Below, piece by piece: positions 1 through 11,253 of a stretch of DNA of 64,000 nucleotides. Positions within the stretch are counted from its first letter, which is position 1, and every line of letters starts with the position of its first letter. This DNA comes from an uncultured Candidatus Saccharibacteria bacterium (lineage in GTDB: Bacteria > Patescibacteriota > Minisyncoccia > Phycocordibacterales > Phycocordibacteraceae). The DNA is taken from the NCBI GenBank assembly GCA_964607655.1, contig CAZSKX010000003.1, positions 4,160-68,159 on the forward strand, given 5' to 3'. The notes beneath the pieces were generated by a model that saw only the letters and a program-made list of their open reading frames with translations, ran no database searches and was not told where the DNA came from. Both the position numbers and the translations under genes were made by a program.

Positions 1-217
1 CACCCTCCTCGGGTGCTTTTGTGTTATACGAAAAAGATATTATATGCTGTTTTGTTCCGCCTATTCCGCTCCCATTTGAAAGCTCACGTGTGGCTTTCAA
101 ACGACCATCGGGTTACGTTATCCGACTTCCGAGTACCGTTTTGAGACGAGTACTATCTCTCTTTCTTCGCAAGAAGAAAATCGACATGATGCGCCTTTCG
201 GGCTACATCGGTTCCAA

Positions 218-1680
<1,463 letters not shown>

Positions 1681-1866
1681 AAGAATAGGCGGAACAAAAC
1701 AATTCATAACATCTTTCTTCCCTGTCGCGAACGACAGGGACTCGTATTTCGAACGTATTTCGTTGTCAAAAAACAGCGTAAAAAACACCCCTCCCGCCTA
1801 AGCGGGAGACTTGCCTATCCTACAGGAAGGCCCTGGGCGGGTCAAGTCCAACATGAAAGCCGGCTT

Positions 1867-2181
1867 TTAAGGGCCGGCTTTCTCGAGCCGAACGAGGACT
1901 CCTTCCTTCGTAAGTTCGATATGGGCACCAGGGATGATCTCACCCGTTACTAAGCAGGGGTAGTACCGAACCGGTTCGAGGAATCCCCCCGTCTGACGAA
2001 ACCATTCGACTCGGTGCCAGAGACCGTTATTGAATCCGGTCGTGCCGATCATCTCGGCGACCTGTTCCGCCGTCGCTAAAATCATCGCGCGCCCTCCTTC
2101 TGGTTTTATGAAATACCCTGCCAACCGCATTGTCAACATTGCAGGGGCAGTGGGAGAGGGTATGATATACGCAGCCGTCAC
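1867..2181 (-). CDS. small hypothetical protein; true start probably internal (e.g. Met near 2085)
   Basis: The ORF ends next to a hairpin terminator (about 1855-1885). It lies only 2 bp divergent from the start of the 2184 gene, so the N-terminus is likely over-called. I recognise no family. Confidence 0.3.
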   Translation of the reverse strand: MTAAYIIPSPTAPAMLTMRLAGYFIKPEGGRAMILATAEQVAEMIGTTGFNNGLWHRVEWFRQTGGFLEPVRYYPCLVTGEIIPGAHIELTKEGVLVRLEKAGP

Positions 2182-2183
2182 CC

Positions 2184-2885
2184 TTGCCTTTACTCATGCA
2201 AAACACGCACGAGCGAATTATCGTCTCTCTGGGCGGATCACTTATGGTCCCCGATCAGATCGATGTCGACTTCCTCAACCAGTTTCGTGATGTTGTCGTA
2301 AAAAAGATCAATGAGGGTTTCTCCTTTTGTGTCATTGTCGGCGGTGGGAAAACTGCGCGCCGTTATCAAGACGCTGCGAAGAATGCCGGCGAGCTCTCTC
2401 CGGCCGATCTGGACTGGCTCGGTATCCACGCGACACGCTTAAACGCACACCTTCTGCGCGTCCTCTTTAACGACGCTGCCTACCCACACGTGATCAAGAA
2501 TCCGGAGGCAGACATCGACATATCGAAGCCCCTCATCGTCGCGGCTGGCTGGCAGCCGGGATGTTCGACAGACTATGACGCGGTGTTGATCGCGAAGAAT
2601 ATCGGCTCACACCGCCTCGTTAATCTCTCGAATATTGACCACGTCTACGACAAAGACCCAAAGAGACACGGAAACGCAAAAAAGTTTGAAAAAATGTCGT
2701 GGCCAGAATTCCGCGCGATCATACCCGATCATTGGGACCCTGGCCTTTCCTCCCCTTTTGACCCCGTTGCTGCTAAAGAGGCCGAGACACTCGACCTTGA
2801 AGTCGCGATAATGAACGGCGCTCACCTCGACCGCTTCGAGGCCTATCTCGACGGTAAACCGTTCGTAGGAACAGTTATTTCTTAA
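2184..2885 (+). CDS. amino-acid-kinase family protein, UMP kinase-like (archaeal-type PyrH / isopentenyl phosphate kinase-like)
   Basis: N-terminal 'RIIVSLGGSLM' glycine loop and an overall AAK-fold pattern ('VIVGGGKTARRY'). 233 aa. Confidence 0.55.
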   Translation: MPLLMQNTHERIIVSLGGSLMVPDQIDVDFLNQFRDVVVKKINEGFSFCVIVGGGKTARRYQDAAKNAGELSPADLDWLGIHATRLNAHLLRVLFNDAAYPHVIKNPEADIDISKPLIVAAGWQPGCSTDYDAVLIAKNIGSHRLVNLSNIDHVYDKDPKRHGNAKKFEKMSWPEFRAIIPDHWDPGLSSPFDPVAAKEAETLDLEVAIMNGAHLDRFEAYLDGKPFVGTVIS

Positions 2886-3795
2886 CGTACCAGCGCGCGA
2901 GCGGGATGAGGAGTGGTGCGGCGAGAAGCACCGAAGAGTAGGTCCCTGCGACAACTCCCACGAGCATCACGAGAGCAAAGTCGCGTGTCGCCGCAGCTCC
3001 AAAGAGCGCGACCGCAGTAAGTCCAAGCGCTGTCGTCAGCGACGTGTTGATCGAGCGAGTGAAGGTCTCGCTGATACTCTTACCCACAGTCGTCTCAAAG
3101 GCCTCTTTATGATTGTTTTTCTCATTGTGTGCCAGGTGCTCGCGGACACGGTCGAAGACAACGATAGTGTCGTTGACTGAGTACCCAAGGAGGGCGAGTA
3201 GCGCTGTGACAAACAGTGCGTCAACTGATGCGCCCGTAAAGTATGCGAGGATGGCATAGAAGCCAGCCGGGATGATGAGGTCATGCACTAGCATTCCGAT
3301 GACGATAATCCCGTAGATCCAGCTCGGCACGGGACGCGACACCTTGCGGAAGGCGAAGGCGACATACAGAGTGATAGCGAGTGCCACGGCGAGAATAGCC
3401 CAGAGCGCCTTAACGGCAAACTGGTTACCAAATGCTGGTCCGACAGACGTGTAGGAAAGCTCCGTAGTTGAGGCACTTTTGCCGAGAGCGACAAGAACAG
3501 CAGAATGCTCCTCAGGAGTAAGCGAACGAGTACGAATATTCACCGCCTGTTCCCCTGCCTCACGCACTGAAACATCGCCGAGCGAAAGGGTATCGATCTC
3601 GGTCTTGATCGCATTCAGTTCTGGACGACCATTCGGATACTCAACCTGAATCAACGAGCCGCCAGTAAAATCGATACCGAGAGGCAGGCCCAGGTATCCG
3701 ATAGCCGCCATGGCGCCAAGGAGAATGACGCCCGTTATGATAAAGAGGAACTTCCGATATTTTACGATAGTCATATTAGATATTTTTGATGCCAC
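2875..3795 (-). CDS. secF: protein translocase subunit SecF
   Basis: 'LPLGIDFTGGSLIQVEY' SecF signature and a C-terminal multi-TM region. It overlaps secD by 20 nt. Confidence 0.85.
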   Translation of the reverse strand: MASKISNMTIVKYRKFLFIITGVILLGAMAAIGYLGLPLGIDFTGGSLIQVEYPNGRPELNAIKTEIDTLSLGDVSVREAGEQAVNIRTRSLTPEEHSAVLVALGKSASTTELSYTSVGPAFGNQFAVKALWAILAVALAITLYVAFAFRKVSRPVPSWIYGIIVIGMLVHDLIIPAGFYAILAYFTGASVDALFVTALLALLGYSVNDTIVVFDRVREHLAHNEKNNHKEAFETTVGKSISETFTRSINTSLTTALGLTAVALFGAAATRDFALVMLVGVVAGTYSSVLLAAPLLIPLARWYVKK

Positions 3796-5089
3796 TCCCT
3801 AGCAAGAAGTGCCAACGACCCTTCCCTTCTTCAGGCACGATCGCGAGCAGGTAAAGGCGTGAGATCGAGACCGCCGAAACAAATGAGGCGAGTGTGCCGA
3901 GCACGAACACCAGTGCGAAGCCCTTCACAATGCTCGAGCCGAGCCAGAAGAGAATGATGCCCGAGATAATCATGGTGAAGTGGCCATCACGAATCGCAGT
4001 CCATGCCCGTGCGAAGCCGAGATGCACCGCCTCCCGAGGAGCCTTACCATCACGAAGCTCTTCTTTGGTGCGTTCGAAGATGAGCACATTGGCGTCAACC
4101 GCCATACCCAGCGTGATAATGAGGCCCGCGATCCCCGACGCAGTGAGCGTAACGGGTATAAATTTAATGATTGCGAGCATAAACACGAGGTACTGAGCGA
4201 GGGCAACGACTGCAACAAGACCCGGCAAGCGATACCAGACAATCATAAAGAGACCAATCATCACGAAGCCAATGATGCCAGCTTTAACACTTGCATCGAT
4301 AGCGACCGCGCCGAGGGTTGGGCCGATAGCTGAACTACTTTCGAGCTCAATAGGTACCGGGAGCGCGCCAAAGTTTAAATTGTTTACCAAATCGCGCGCC
4401 TCAGCAGCGGTGAACTGACCATTGATGCTCGCTTGTCCTCCAGTGATGGGCTCTTGGATCACTGGTGCCGAGATCGGTTGGCCGTCGAGGAAGATCGCGA
4501 GCTGTTCTCCCACGTGCTCGGTCGTGATCTTAGCGAAGAGATCCGCGCCCTCCTGATTGAAGTTAAGGAGCACCTGTGGTGCCGAGAGCCCAGCAGTCGC
4601 GCCCGAACCGAACTGGAGTACTGCGTTTGAAAGATAGCGCCCAGTGAGTCCCGTAGATATAAACACTGCTTGAGTGGTCGTGCTGGTCTGCGTCGTAGTC
4701 GCGAGTTTGAACTCTAGCGTTGGCGTCTTACCGAGGGCGGCAACGGCAGCCTTGATATCAGTCACCCCTGGGAGTGCAACGATGAGTCGGTCCTCCCTCG
4801 TGCCCGACAACGCACTCGCCTGCTCAATCTGTACCAGAGGCTCCGCAACGCCAAAGAGGTTGACGCGGCGGTCGATCACGCCGTGAAGGGCTTCAAGAGC
4901 TTCAGCACGCTCCTCGAGAGGCGTCGCGCTCGTGTCAGCACGATAGACGAGCTCAGTACCACCGGCCAGGTCGAGACCAAGCTTAAAGGCATACCGGCTA
5001 TTTGGATTAGCCTGAGTCGACCAGACGAAATAAGCGAGTAAAAGCCCTGCAACAAGGGCAATGAGGGAAAGCACCCGATAGCGAGTCAT
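3776..5089 (-). CDS. secD: protein translocase subunit SecD
   Basis: N-terminal TM helix, a periplasmic domain, and a C-terminal 6-TM 'DANVLIFERTKEE' SecD/SecF-family motif. Confidence 0.85.
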   Translation of the reverse strand: MTRYRVLSLIALVAGLLLAYFVWSTQANPNSRYAFKLGLDLAGGTELVYRADTSATPLEERAEALEALHGVIDRRVNLFGVAEPLVQIEQASALSGTREDRLIVALPGVTDIKAAVAALGKTPTLEFKLATTTQTSTTTQAVFISTGLTGRYLSNAVLQFGSGATAGLSAPQVLLNFNQEGADLFAKITTEHVGEQLAIFLDGQPISAPVIQEPITGGQASINGQFTAAEARDLVNNLNFGALPVPIELESSSAIGPTLGAVAIDASVKAGIIGFVMIGLFMIVWYRLPGLVAVVALAQYLVFMLAIIKFIPVTLTASGIAGLIITLGMAVDANVLIFERTKEELRDGKAPREAVHLGFARAWTAIRDGHFTMIISGIILFWLGSSIVKGFALVFVLGTLASFVSAVSISRLYLLAIVPEEGKGRWHFLLGSGIKNI

Positions 5090-5106
5090 ACGGCAGAGTA
5101 TACCGG

Positions 5107-5901
5107 CTACCTAGTGCTTTGCAACTCGCTTTTTTCGCAGAGAACAAGCACATTCTCGAAGAGACATGCCACCGCAATGGGACCGACGCCGCCTGGGACA
5201 GGGGTGAAGATTGAGCATTTTGAAGCACAGGCGGGGTCGGCGTCGCCGACGATTACGCCATTCGATTCGCTCGTGGAAGCGTCGATGAGCACAACCCCCT
5301 CTTGAATCATGTCGGGCCTAATGAGGCCCGGAACCCCGGCTCCGGCGATGATGATGTCGGCTTCCTTGAGCGCCTGCGTGAGGTCTGTCTCGCGAGTCGC
5401 CACAGTCACTCGCGCGCCTTGTTCGGCAAGCCATGTTGCCGCAGGGGCGCCCACGAGAAATCCTGATCCGATCACTACCGCCTTCTTCCCCGCCACGCTC
5501 ACCTCTCCTCGTTCCAGAATCTCTTTTATCGCTCCGACTACGGGTGGCAAGAGAGCTCTTTGTTCGCCCTGCTCAAACTTCGCCCGCGCCGCCCGCGAGA
5601 GGACGTCAGCATCTTTGCCGAGTGGGATCGCGTTGCAGGCCGCCTGTGCATCGACCCCGTCAGGGAGCGGTAACTGAACAATGACGGCATCCGCGTCATC
5701 GTAGTCAGAAGGATACGCCCGCACTTCAAAGTCGCAACCTGCAAGCTCAGCACGAGCAGCTTTAATCTTTAAATACGATTTCGTCGCCCCGGTCTCCTCG
5801 CCCACAAGAGCAACAACCTTCGGACGTCGCTGCAGTTTCTCTGCACGCCCTTTGGCGCGAGCAAGCACCTCTGCCGCAATCGATTTGCCATCTATAATCA
5901 T
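5107..5901 (-). CDS. folD: bifunctional methylenetetrahydrofolate dehydrogenase/cyclohydrolase FolD
   Basis: 'MIIDGKSIAAEV...' FolD N-terminus and the Rossmann motif 'VVIGSGFLVGAPAA'. Confidence 0.85.
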   Translation of the reverse strand: MIIDGKSIAAEVLARAKGRAEKLQRRPKVVALVGEETGATKSYLKIKAARAELAGCDFEVRAYPSDYDDADAVIVQLPLPDGVDAQAACNAIPLGKDADVLSRAARAKFEQGEQRALLPPVVGAIKEILERGEVSVAGKKAVVIGSGFLVGAPAATWLAEQGARVTVATRETDLTQALKEADIIIAGAGVPGLIRPDMIQEGVVLIDASTSESNGVIVGDADPACASKCSIFTPVPGGVGPIAVACLFENVLVLCEKSELQSTR

Positions 5902-5906
5902 GGTTC

Positions 5907-7244
5907 TTATGTGCCCGAGAAAGCGAGTAGAGCCCGCAGTGATTTCATCGCGACCGCAAGATCGAGCCCAAATGAGCGGTGTTTCAAATAGTAGAGGTCG
6001 AACGAGACCTTCCGTCGAGTGCGCTCGACGTCAGCAGGCCCGCGAGGCGCATCGTAGTCGTGAATCTGTGCCCACCCCGAAAGACCTGGCACTATCAGAT
6101 GCCGCATGTGATAGTGCGGAATTTCTCGTTCGTAGACTTCGACGATCTTAGGCAGTTCGGGGCGCGGCCCGATAAACGAGAGCTCACCTTTCAGGACGTT
6201 CCAGAGCTGCGGCAGCTCGTCGATACGTGTCTTGCGCAAGAAGCGTCCGAAGGATGTGATGCGATTTTTTGCATGGAGTGCTGGGTCGCCCTTATCATCG
6301 AAGAGCATCGTGCGGAGCTTCAAGAGACGAAATGCCTTCCCTCCCTTCCCTACTCGCTCTGCACGAATAAGCGGCGCTCCGCCTTGTGGCGCAAGTGCCG
6401 CCATCGCCACAAACACAAAAGGTAGAGCCACTATGCCTACCAAGAGCGCGAGCACGATATCGAATATGCGCTTCGTAGCGTCGTAGATCATCTGTCGCTG
6501 CGGCAGCGACTCGATTACCCGCGAAGGGTCAAGATGATCGAGTGGCACACGATCAAAGATCTCTTCGTAGAGGCTCGAGAATTCTATAAACATGACCCCG
6601 TCAATCATCCGACTATAGAGAATCGGCAAGTCTCCGGCGACGCGCTGATCTGACACATCAAGCACAACGGCGCGAGCGTCGTGCTTAAGCGCTTCTATCA
6701 CACGCTTAGCCACATCTCCTTCAATACAATCCTTCGTGCTGATCGCTTCGGTGAAGTGCATCAGGTAGCGGGGATTCTCGCTCACCTCGTCATACAGCTC
6801 TTGCACTGCGGCCCCTTCTCCGACAAGGACGGCTGGAGTGCGTTTCTCGGTAGCGAGCTCACGGCGCATGCGGTAAAAGCGCCATACTACTTCGGCAATA
6901 ACCGACACTACAAGATAGAGCGCCAGGATCGTCTTGGGTGCGATGTTGAGCGGAAGGACGAAGAAGAGAATGGCCGCGATCGCGACGTTGGTCGCCTGTG
7001 CCCCGAGGATGCGGACCCCCATCACGCGCCGTATCGGACGGGTTTGCTTCTCGTAGAGACCCGCGATATAGAAGATAACCAGCGAAAGCACGAACATAGG
7101 CAAGAACGGCCCGAAGTTGACCTGAAAGTAACCGAGGCTTGGTAACTCGAGGTTACGAAGAGTAAGCGCAACCGCAAGAGACAGGACCAATATGAGAAAG
7201 TCCCCGATGACAAGGGTGATGGTTTCGCGCCGATTAAATGCCAT
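5907..7244 (-). CDS. polyprenyl-phosphate sugar phosphotransferase (WbaP/bacterial sugar transferase family)
   Basis: C-terminal bacterial sugar transferase domain: 'RIFDIVLALLVGIVALP...KGGKAFRLLKLRTM...DELPQLWNVLKGELSFIGPRP'. Confidence 0.8.
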   Translation of the reverse strand: MAFNRRETITLVIGDFLILVLSLAVALTLRNLELPSLGYFQVNFGPFLPMFVLSLVIFYIAGLYEKQTRPIRRVMGVRILGAQATNVAIAAILFFVLPLNIAPKTILALYLVVSVIAEVVWRFYRMRRELATEKRTPAVLVGEGAAVQELYDEVSENPRYLMHFTEAISTKDCIEGDVAKRVIEALKHDARAVVLDVSDQRVAGDLPILYSRMIDGVMFIEFSSLYEEIFDRVPLDHLDPSRVIESLPQRQMIYDATKRIFDIVLALLVGIVALPFVFVAMAALAPQGGAPLIRAERVGKGGKAFRLLKLRTMLFDDKGDPALHAKNRITSFGRFLRKTRIDELPQLWNVLKGELSFIGPRPELPKIVEVYEREIPHYHMRHLIVPGLSGWAQIHDYDAPRGPADVERTRRKVSFDLYYLKHRSFGLDLAVAMKSLRALLAFSGT

Positions 7245-7289
7245 GAATACGCATACTATAACGTAAAAAGGTGCGGTAGAGTTACTGAT

Positions 7290-8444
7290 ATGGCAGACCC
7301 CAAAAAACCGAAGATTTTATACCTGATTACCAAGAGCAACTGGGGTGGCGCCCAGGCGTACGTCTACACACTGGCAACCGAGTTTAAGAAGGCGGGAAAC
7401 GAGGTCGTTGTAGCCCTCGGCGGGACGGGAGAGAAAGGAGCTGCCACGGGGCGCCTTGCCGACGAGCTCGCGAACGCAGGGGTACGGACCGTGCCGGTGC
7501 CATCCTTCACGCGAGACGTAGGGTTCGGCCGAGAGATTACGACCTTGCGCGAAGTCTACCGCATTATCAAAACTGAACGGCCCGACGTGATCCATCTCAA
7601 CAGCTCTAAGGCTGGCGGTATCGGCGCGCTCGCCGGCCGCCTCGCCGGAGTTAAGAACATTGTATTCACCTCGCACGGCCTCGCCTACGACGAGGACCGC
7701 AACGCGATTACCCGTGCCCTTATCTGGCTCTCCACCTGGGCAACCTTCTTGCTCTGCCACAGCGTGATTGTGATTTCGAGCGATACGTATCGTCGCGCTC
7801 GCGCGCTCCCCTTCTGTGCTTCAAAAATTCAGTTGGTCTATAACGGCATCGCTCCCGCAACATCACTCACTCGACTAGAGGCTCGTGACGAGCTCTTACC
7901 TGGAGCGCACGAGATCGACTCCGTATGGATCGGGACCATCGCCGAACTCACGCACAACAAAGATCTTGCATCGCTAGTGCGCGCAGCCGCGCTGCTCAAA
8001 AAAAAGAACCACTCTTTCACCCTCGGCATCATTGGCGTGGGCGAGGAGAGGGCAAATCTTGAAGCCCTTATCGCTAAGCACGAGCTCGCGCCGCACGTCC
8101 ACCTCCTCGGCTTTGTCGCTAATGCTCGAGAATATCTCACGGCGTTTGATATCTTTACCCTGACTTCAACAAAAGAAGGTCTCCCTTACGTACTCCTCGA
8201 GGCGGCCGAGGCTTCCTGCGCCGTGGTAGCTACCCGCATCCCAGGCACGACCGACATCATCGACGAGTCTACCGGTCTTCTCGTGACACCTAAAGACGCT
8301 CAGGGAATTGCGAACGCTCTGGAGACGCTCCTCACGAGTCCAGAAAAGCGCGCTGCGCTTAGCTCGGCACTCCAGAGAAAGATCCGTGAACGGTTTTCTA
8401 TCGAAAAGATGCTCGCGGCCATTGCCCACGTATACGAAAACTAG
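7290..8444 (+). CDS. glycosyltransferase family 1 (GT4-like)
   Basis: GT-B fold pattern and C-terminal 'TSTKEGLPYVLLEAAEASCAVVATRIPG' (the EX7E region). Confidence 0.8.
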   Translation: MADPKKPKILYLITKSNWGGAQAYVYTLATEFKKAGNEVVVALGGTGEKGAATGRLADELANAGVRTVPVPSFTRDVGFGREITTLREVYRIIKTERPDVIHLNSSKAGGIGALAGRLAGVKNIVFTSHGLAYDEDRNAITRALIWLSTWATFLLCHSVIVISSDTYRRARALPFCASKIQLVYNGIAPATSLTRLEARDELLPGAHEIDSVWIGTIAELTHNKDLASLVRAAALLKKKNHSFTLGIIGVGEERANLEALIAKHELAPHVHLLGFVANAREYLTAFDIFTLTSTKEGLPYVLLEAAEASCAVVATRIPGTTDIIDESTGLLVTPKDAQGIANALETLLTSPEKRAALSSALQRKIRERFSIEKMLAAIAHVYEN

Positions 8445-9574
8445 CCCCCGAAATACTCGTTGCCCCCTCGCTCGCGTGTGGCCCCACGCCCATGCCGAGC
8501 GAGCGACGCCACGACCCCGAGCGCTCCGAACTCAAGAACCAAATGGGAACCCCCCGAGCTCATGAACGGAATCGTGGTCCCCGTCACTGGCAGGAGCCCG
8601 AGACTGATCCCTGCGTGGATCGTTAGATGTGCAGAGAAGAGGATCAGCACACCGAGCGTAAAGAAGGTGTCGAAGTTGGTCGCGGCGGCTCGCGCGATCT
8701 GAGCCAGACGTGCCAACAGTAAGCCATAAATGGAGAGCAACAATGTAACGCCCACAAAGCCCCACTCTTCAGAAAAGGCGGCGAAGATGAAGTCCGTCTG
8801 ATACTCCGGCAAGAAGCGGAGCTTACTCTGTGTGCCATAGCCGATCCCTTTACCAAACCATTGTCCCGAGCCTACAGCGATCTGTGCCTGATACGCGTTA
8901 TAGCCCGCGCCATGGATATCATGCGCAGGATTGACGAAGGATATAATGCGCTGACGCTGGTATTCCTTAAGCCCCCCAAACCAGAGTGCTGTCGCGGCGA
9001 TAAGCGCGATGAGCCCAAGGGCCGCAAGATGCTTTTTTGAAATCCCTGATACCAACATCATCCCGAGCCACAGCGTCGAGAAAATGATCGCATTACCCAT
9101 ATCAGGCTCAACAACGATAAGACCGATGAAAACGAGGGCATATAGACCCGAGACAATAATGTGCCGAATGTCTCCGATCTCTACGTGACGCCGCGAGAGA
9201 TACTTCGCTAAGAGCATGATAAGCGAGAGCTTCGCTAGGTCTGCCGGCTGAAAGGAGAACCATCCAAAAGAGAACCACGCGCGCGCGCCCATGACAGGAT
9301 CAGCAAACAACAGGAGCCCAATGAGGAGCGCGGTCGACACGAGGTACAACGTCATAATGACCGGTGTCCGCCGGATAAACCGGACGTCGATATTCGCACA
9401 CGCTAGGTAGAGGCCGACCGCCACAAAAAGCCAAACGAGCTGTCGGGAGGCGAGCGATGCGCCCTGACCGAAAGTGTTCATGGTGACGACCCCGATCAAG
9501 GTGAGCACCACGGCTGGCAGGACCAAAGTCCAGTCCCCGAGCCACGTTACGAGACGACGATTTTCAAGACTCAC
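8441..9574 (-). CDS. SEDS-family peptidoglycan polymerase FtsW/RodA
   Basis: 10-TM protein with FtsW/RodA/SpoVE motifs: 'GAGYNAYQAQIAVGSGQWFGKG' and 'SKLRFLPEYQTDFIFAAFSEEWG'. Confidence 0.8.
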   Translation of the reverse strand: MSLENRRLVTWLGDWTLVLPAVVLTLIGVVTMNTFGQGASLASRQLVWLFVAVGLYLACANIDVRFIRRTPVIMTLYLVSTALLIGLLLFADPVMGARAWFSFGWFSFQPADLAKLSLIMLLAKYLSRRHVEIGDIRHIIVSGLYALVFIGLIVVEPDMGNAIIFSTLWLGMMLVSGISKKHLAALGLIALIAATALWFGGLKEYQRQRIISFVNPAHDIHGAGYNAYQAQIAVGSGQWFGKGIGYGTQSKLRFLPEYQTDFIFAAFSEEWGFVGVTLLLSIYGLLLARLAQIARAAATNFDTFFTLGVLILFSAHLTIHAGISLGLLPVTGTTIPFMSSGGSHLVLEFGALGVVASLARHGRGATRERGGNEYFGG

Positions 9575-10338
9575 GGCAGCGGCACGACGGGCGTCACTTC
9601 AACCCGCACACTCGAGGTCGCGAAGGGCTCGTTCCAGGTAAAGATCGCTGTCGCACTCTTCTGAGGATCAATGCGCGAGACGATCGTGCGAGAAGCGGCG
9701 ATCACATTTCCCGTACTTGAGTCACGAACAAACACGACAACGGGGAGCCCCAAGATCGGTACGAGACTCGAGTTAGTTAAAAGCGCGCTTACTCGCGGAG
9801 CTTCAGGAACACCGCCGATAGGAGCTACGACAACCTTCGGCAAAATGCGTGGGTCAGAAGGCGTGGCAACCCAGCGCGGCGAGGACGCGTCTACGGTAAG
9901 AAATGCACGCGCAATCCCTTCCCCTTCGGTCGCTACACCTGGAATAAAAATCGGCACCACCGTATGCGGCGGTAGATCGAGAGACCCCGAGAATTCACGC
10001 ACCTTCTCTCCTGTAGTCGAGTGGAGCGTTACGCGAAATGGAACATTTTTCGCAGATGCTTCACCATTTTTATTTTCTACTGACGAAATGAGATCCACTC
10101 GTCCGGTCTTGTTACGCACCAGACTAGTGAAAATAGTGGTGGGCGCTGCCGCAGTAGAGGTGCACACTGCTGAGCAAGGCCCTCCGCAGTCGATCCCCTG
10201 CTCTTCTTGATTCCGCTTCCCGTCCTGACAGGTCGGCGCGGCGTAGAGATTGGTGAAGTAGAAAATAACTACGCCAATAAGCGCCGCCAATATAAGCACC
10301 CCGATTACCGCAAACCTCATCCGTGTTGCCCAATGCAT
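9571..10338 (-). CDS. hypothetical membrane-anchored/secreted protein (N-terminus trimmed to Met before the TM anchor)
   Basis: The ORF-track N-terminus (to 10587) runs through the two tRNA-like genes. An internal Met followed by a hydrophobic anchor 'MRFAVIGVLILAALIGVVIFYF' is the plausible start. Confidence 0.45.
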   Translation of the reverse strand: MHWATRMRFAVIGVLILAALIGVVIFYFTNLYAAPTCQDGKRNQEEQGIDCGGPCSAVCTSTAAAPTTIFTSLVRNKTGRVDLISSVENKNGEASAKNVPFRVTLHSTTGEKVREFSGSLDLPPHTVVPIFIPGVATEGEGIARAFLTVDASSPRWVATPSDPRILPKVVVAPIGGVPEAPRVSALLTNSSLVPILGLPVVVFVRDSSTGNVIAASRTIVSRIDPQKSATAIFTWNEPFATSSVRVEVTPVVPLP

Positions 10339-10397
10339 GGGGTAAGTATACCAAAATGAAACGCCGCCGAGATCCCTAAGGATCCGGCGGCAAGACA

Positions 10398-10526
10398 TGG
10401 TGGGAGTAGACGGATTTGAACCATCGACCTCACGTTTGACCCATCGGCGCTCACTGTTGTTATGGCCACTTACAACAACGAACTTAATCGACGGACGTGC
10501 GCTCTGACCAACTGAGCTATACCCCC
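10398..10526 (-). tRNA. tRNA-like gene with an ~52-59-nt intervening sequence in the anticodon arm (possible anticodon GUC)
   Basis: Reverse complement: GGGGGTA-TA-GCTCAGTTGGTCAGAGC-G-CACGT[59 nt]ACGTG-AGGTC-GATGGTTCAAATCCGTC-TACTCCC-A-CCA. It has canonical acceptor, D and T arms and an encoded CCA. The two anticodon-stem halves (CACGT/ACGTG) are separated by 59 nt. Confidence 0.45.
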
Positions 10527-10533
10527 ACAACAT

Positions 10534-10643
10534 GGTCGGGATGGCGGGGTTTGAACCTGCTGAACCGTTCGATACTATGTTCCCCATTCGCGGCTGCAGT
10601 AGAAGAACGGCGTATACGGCGACATCGATGATGTCTCACCCCG
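10534..10643 (-). tRNA. tRNA-like gene, atypical (D-loop without GG; ~40-nt insertion between the anticodon-stem halves)
   Basis: Reverse complement: CGGGGTG...GCCGT[47 nt]ACGGT...GCAGGTTCAAACCCCGC-CATCCCG-A-CCA. The acceptor and T arm are recognisable, but the gene is 110 nt long. Confidence 0.3.
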
Positions 10644-10690
10644 ATAGCGAAATACCTGAACTGCGCGTACCCTATCACTTCTGTAAAAGA

Positions 10691-10730
10691 AACGCAAAAC
10701 CCCGCGCTTTAGGGCGCGGGGTTTTGCGTT
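10691..10730. terminator. perfect 17-bp hairpin (bidirectional terminator) between 5S and the tRNA-like genes
   Basis: 'aacgcaaaaccccgcgc ttta gggcgcggggttttgcgtt'. Confidence 0.7.
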
Positions 10731-10740
10731 CAAGTGCTCA

Positions 10741-10856
10741 GTTCTGGCGGCTAGCTACTCTCCCTGCCGGTAAAGGCAAGTACCATCGCCGCTAGTGGGC
10801 TTAACTTCCGAGTTCGGAAAGGGATCGGGTGTGACCCCACCGCCAAGCCACCAGAA
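10741..10856 (-). rRNA. rrf: 5S ribosomal RNA
   Basis: The reverse complement 'TTCTGGTGGC...CCCGATCCCTTTCCGAACTCGGAAGTTAAGC...GAGAGTAGC...GCCGCCAGAAC' matches the bacterial 5S consensus and its helix 1 pairing. Confidence 0.85.
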
Positions 10857-11253
10857 CCGAACACTCGAAAGTGTTTCGGTTTTGATCTACGAATATATGC
10901 AAAGGTAATTATTTCAAAGCACAGACAACAACTGTCTGATATACAGAGTTCCGCACAAGAGACTGGACATATTAGTACACCTCGACTCCACGCCTCGCGG
11001 CGCTTCCATCTGGTGCCTATCAACGTAATCATCTCTTACGAGTCTCATAACGATTCCTAATCTTGGAGCACGCTTCCCGCTTATATGCTTTCAGCGGTTA
11101 TCGCAACCCGACATAGCTACCCAGCAGTGCTCTTGGCAGAACAGCTGGTAGACCAGAGGTCAGTTCATCCCGGTCCTCTCGTACTAGGGACAACCCTCCT
11201 CAAGAATCAACGCCTGTAGTAGATAGGAGACCAACCTGTCTCACGCATTTTGT

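Noticed and set aside
9571-10587. ORF-track N-terminal extension of the 338-aa protein
   Set aside because: The extension reads through the two tRNA-like genes. I trimmed the start to the internal Met before the TM anchor.
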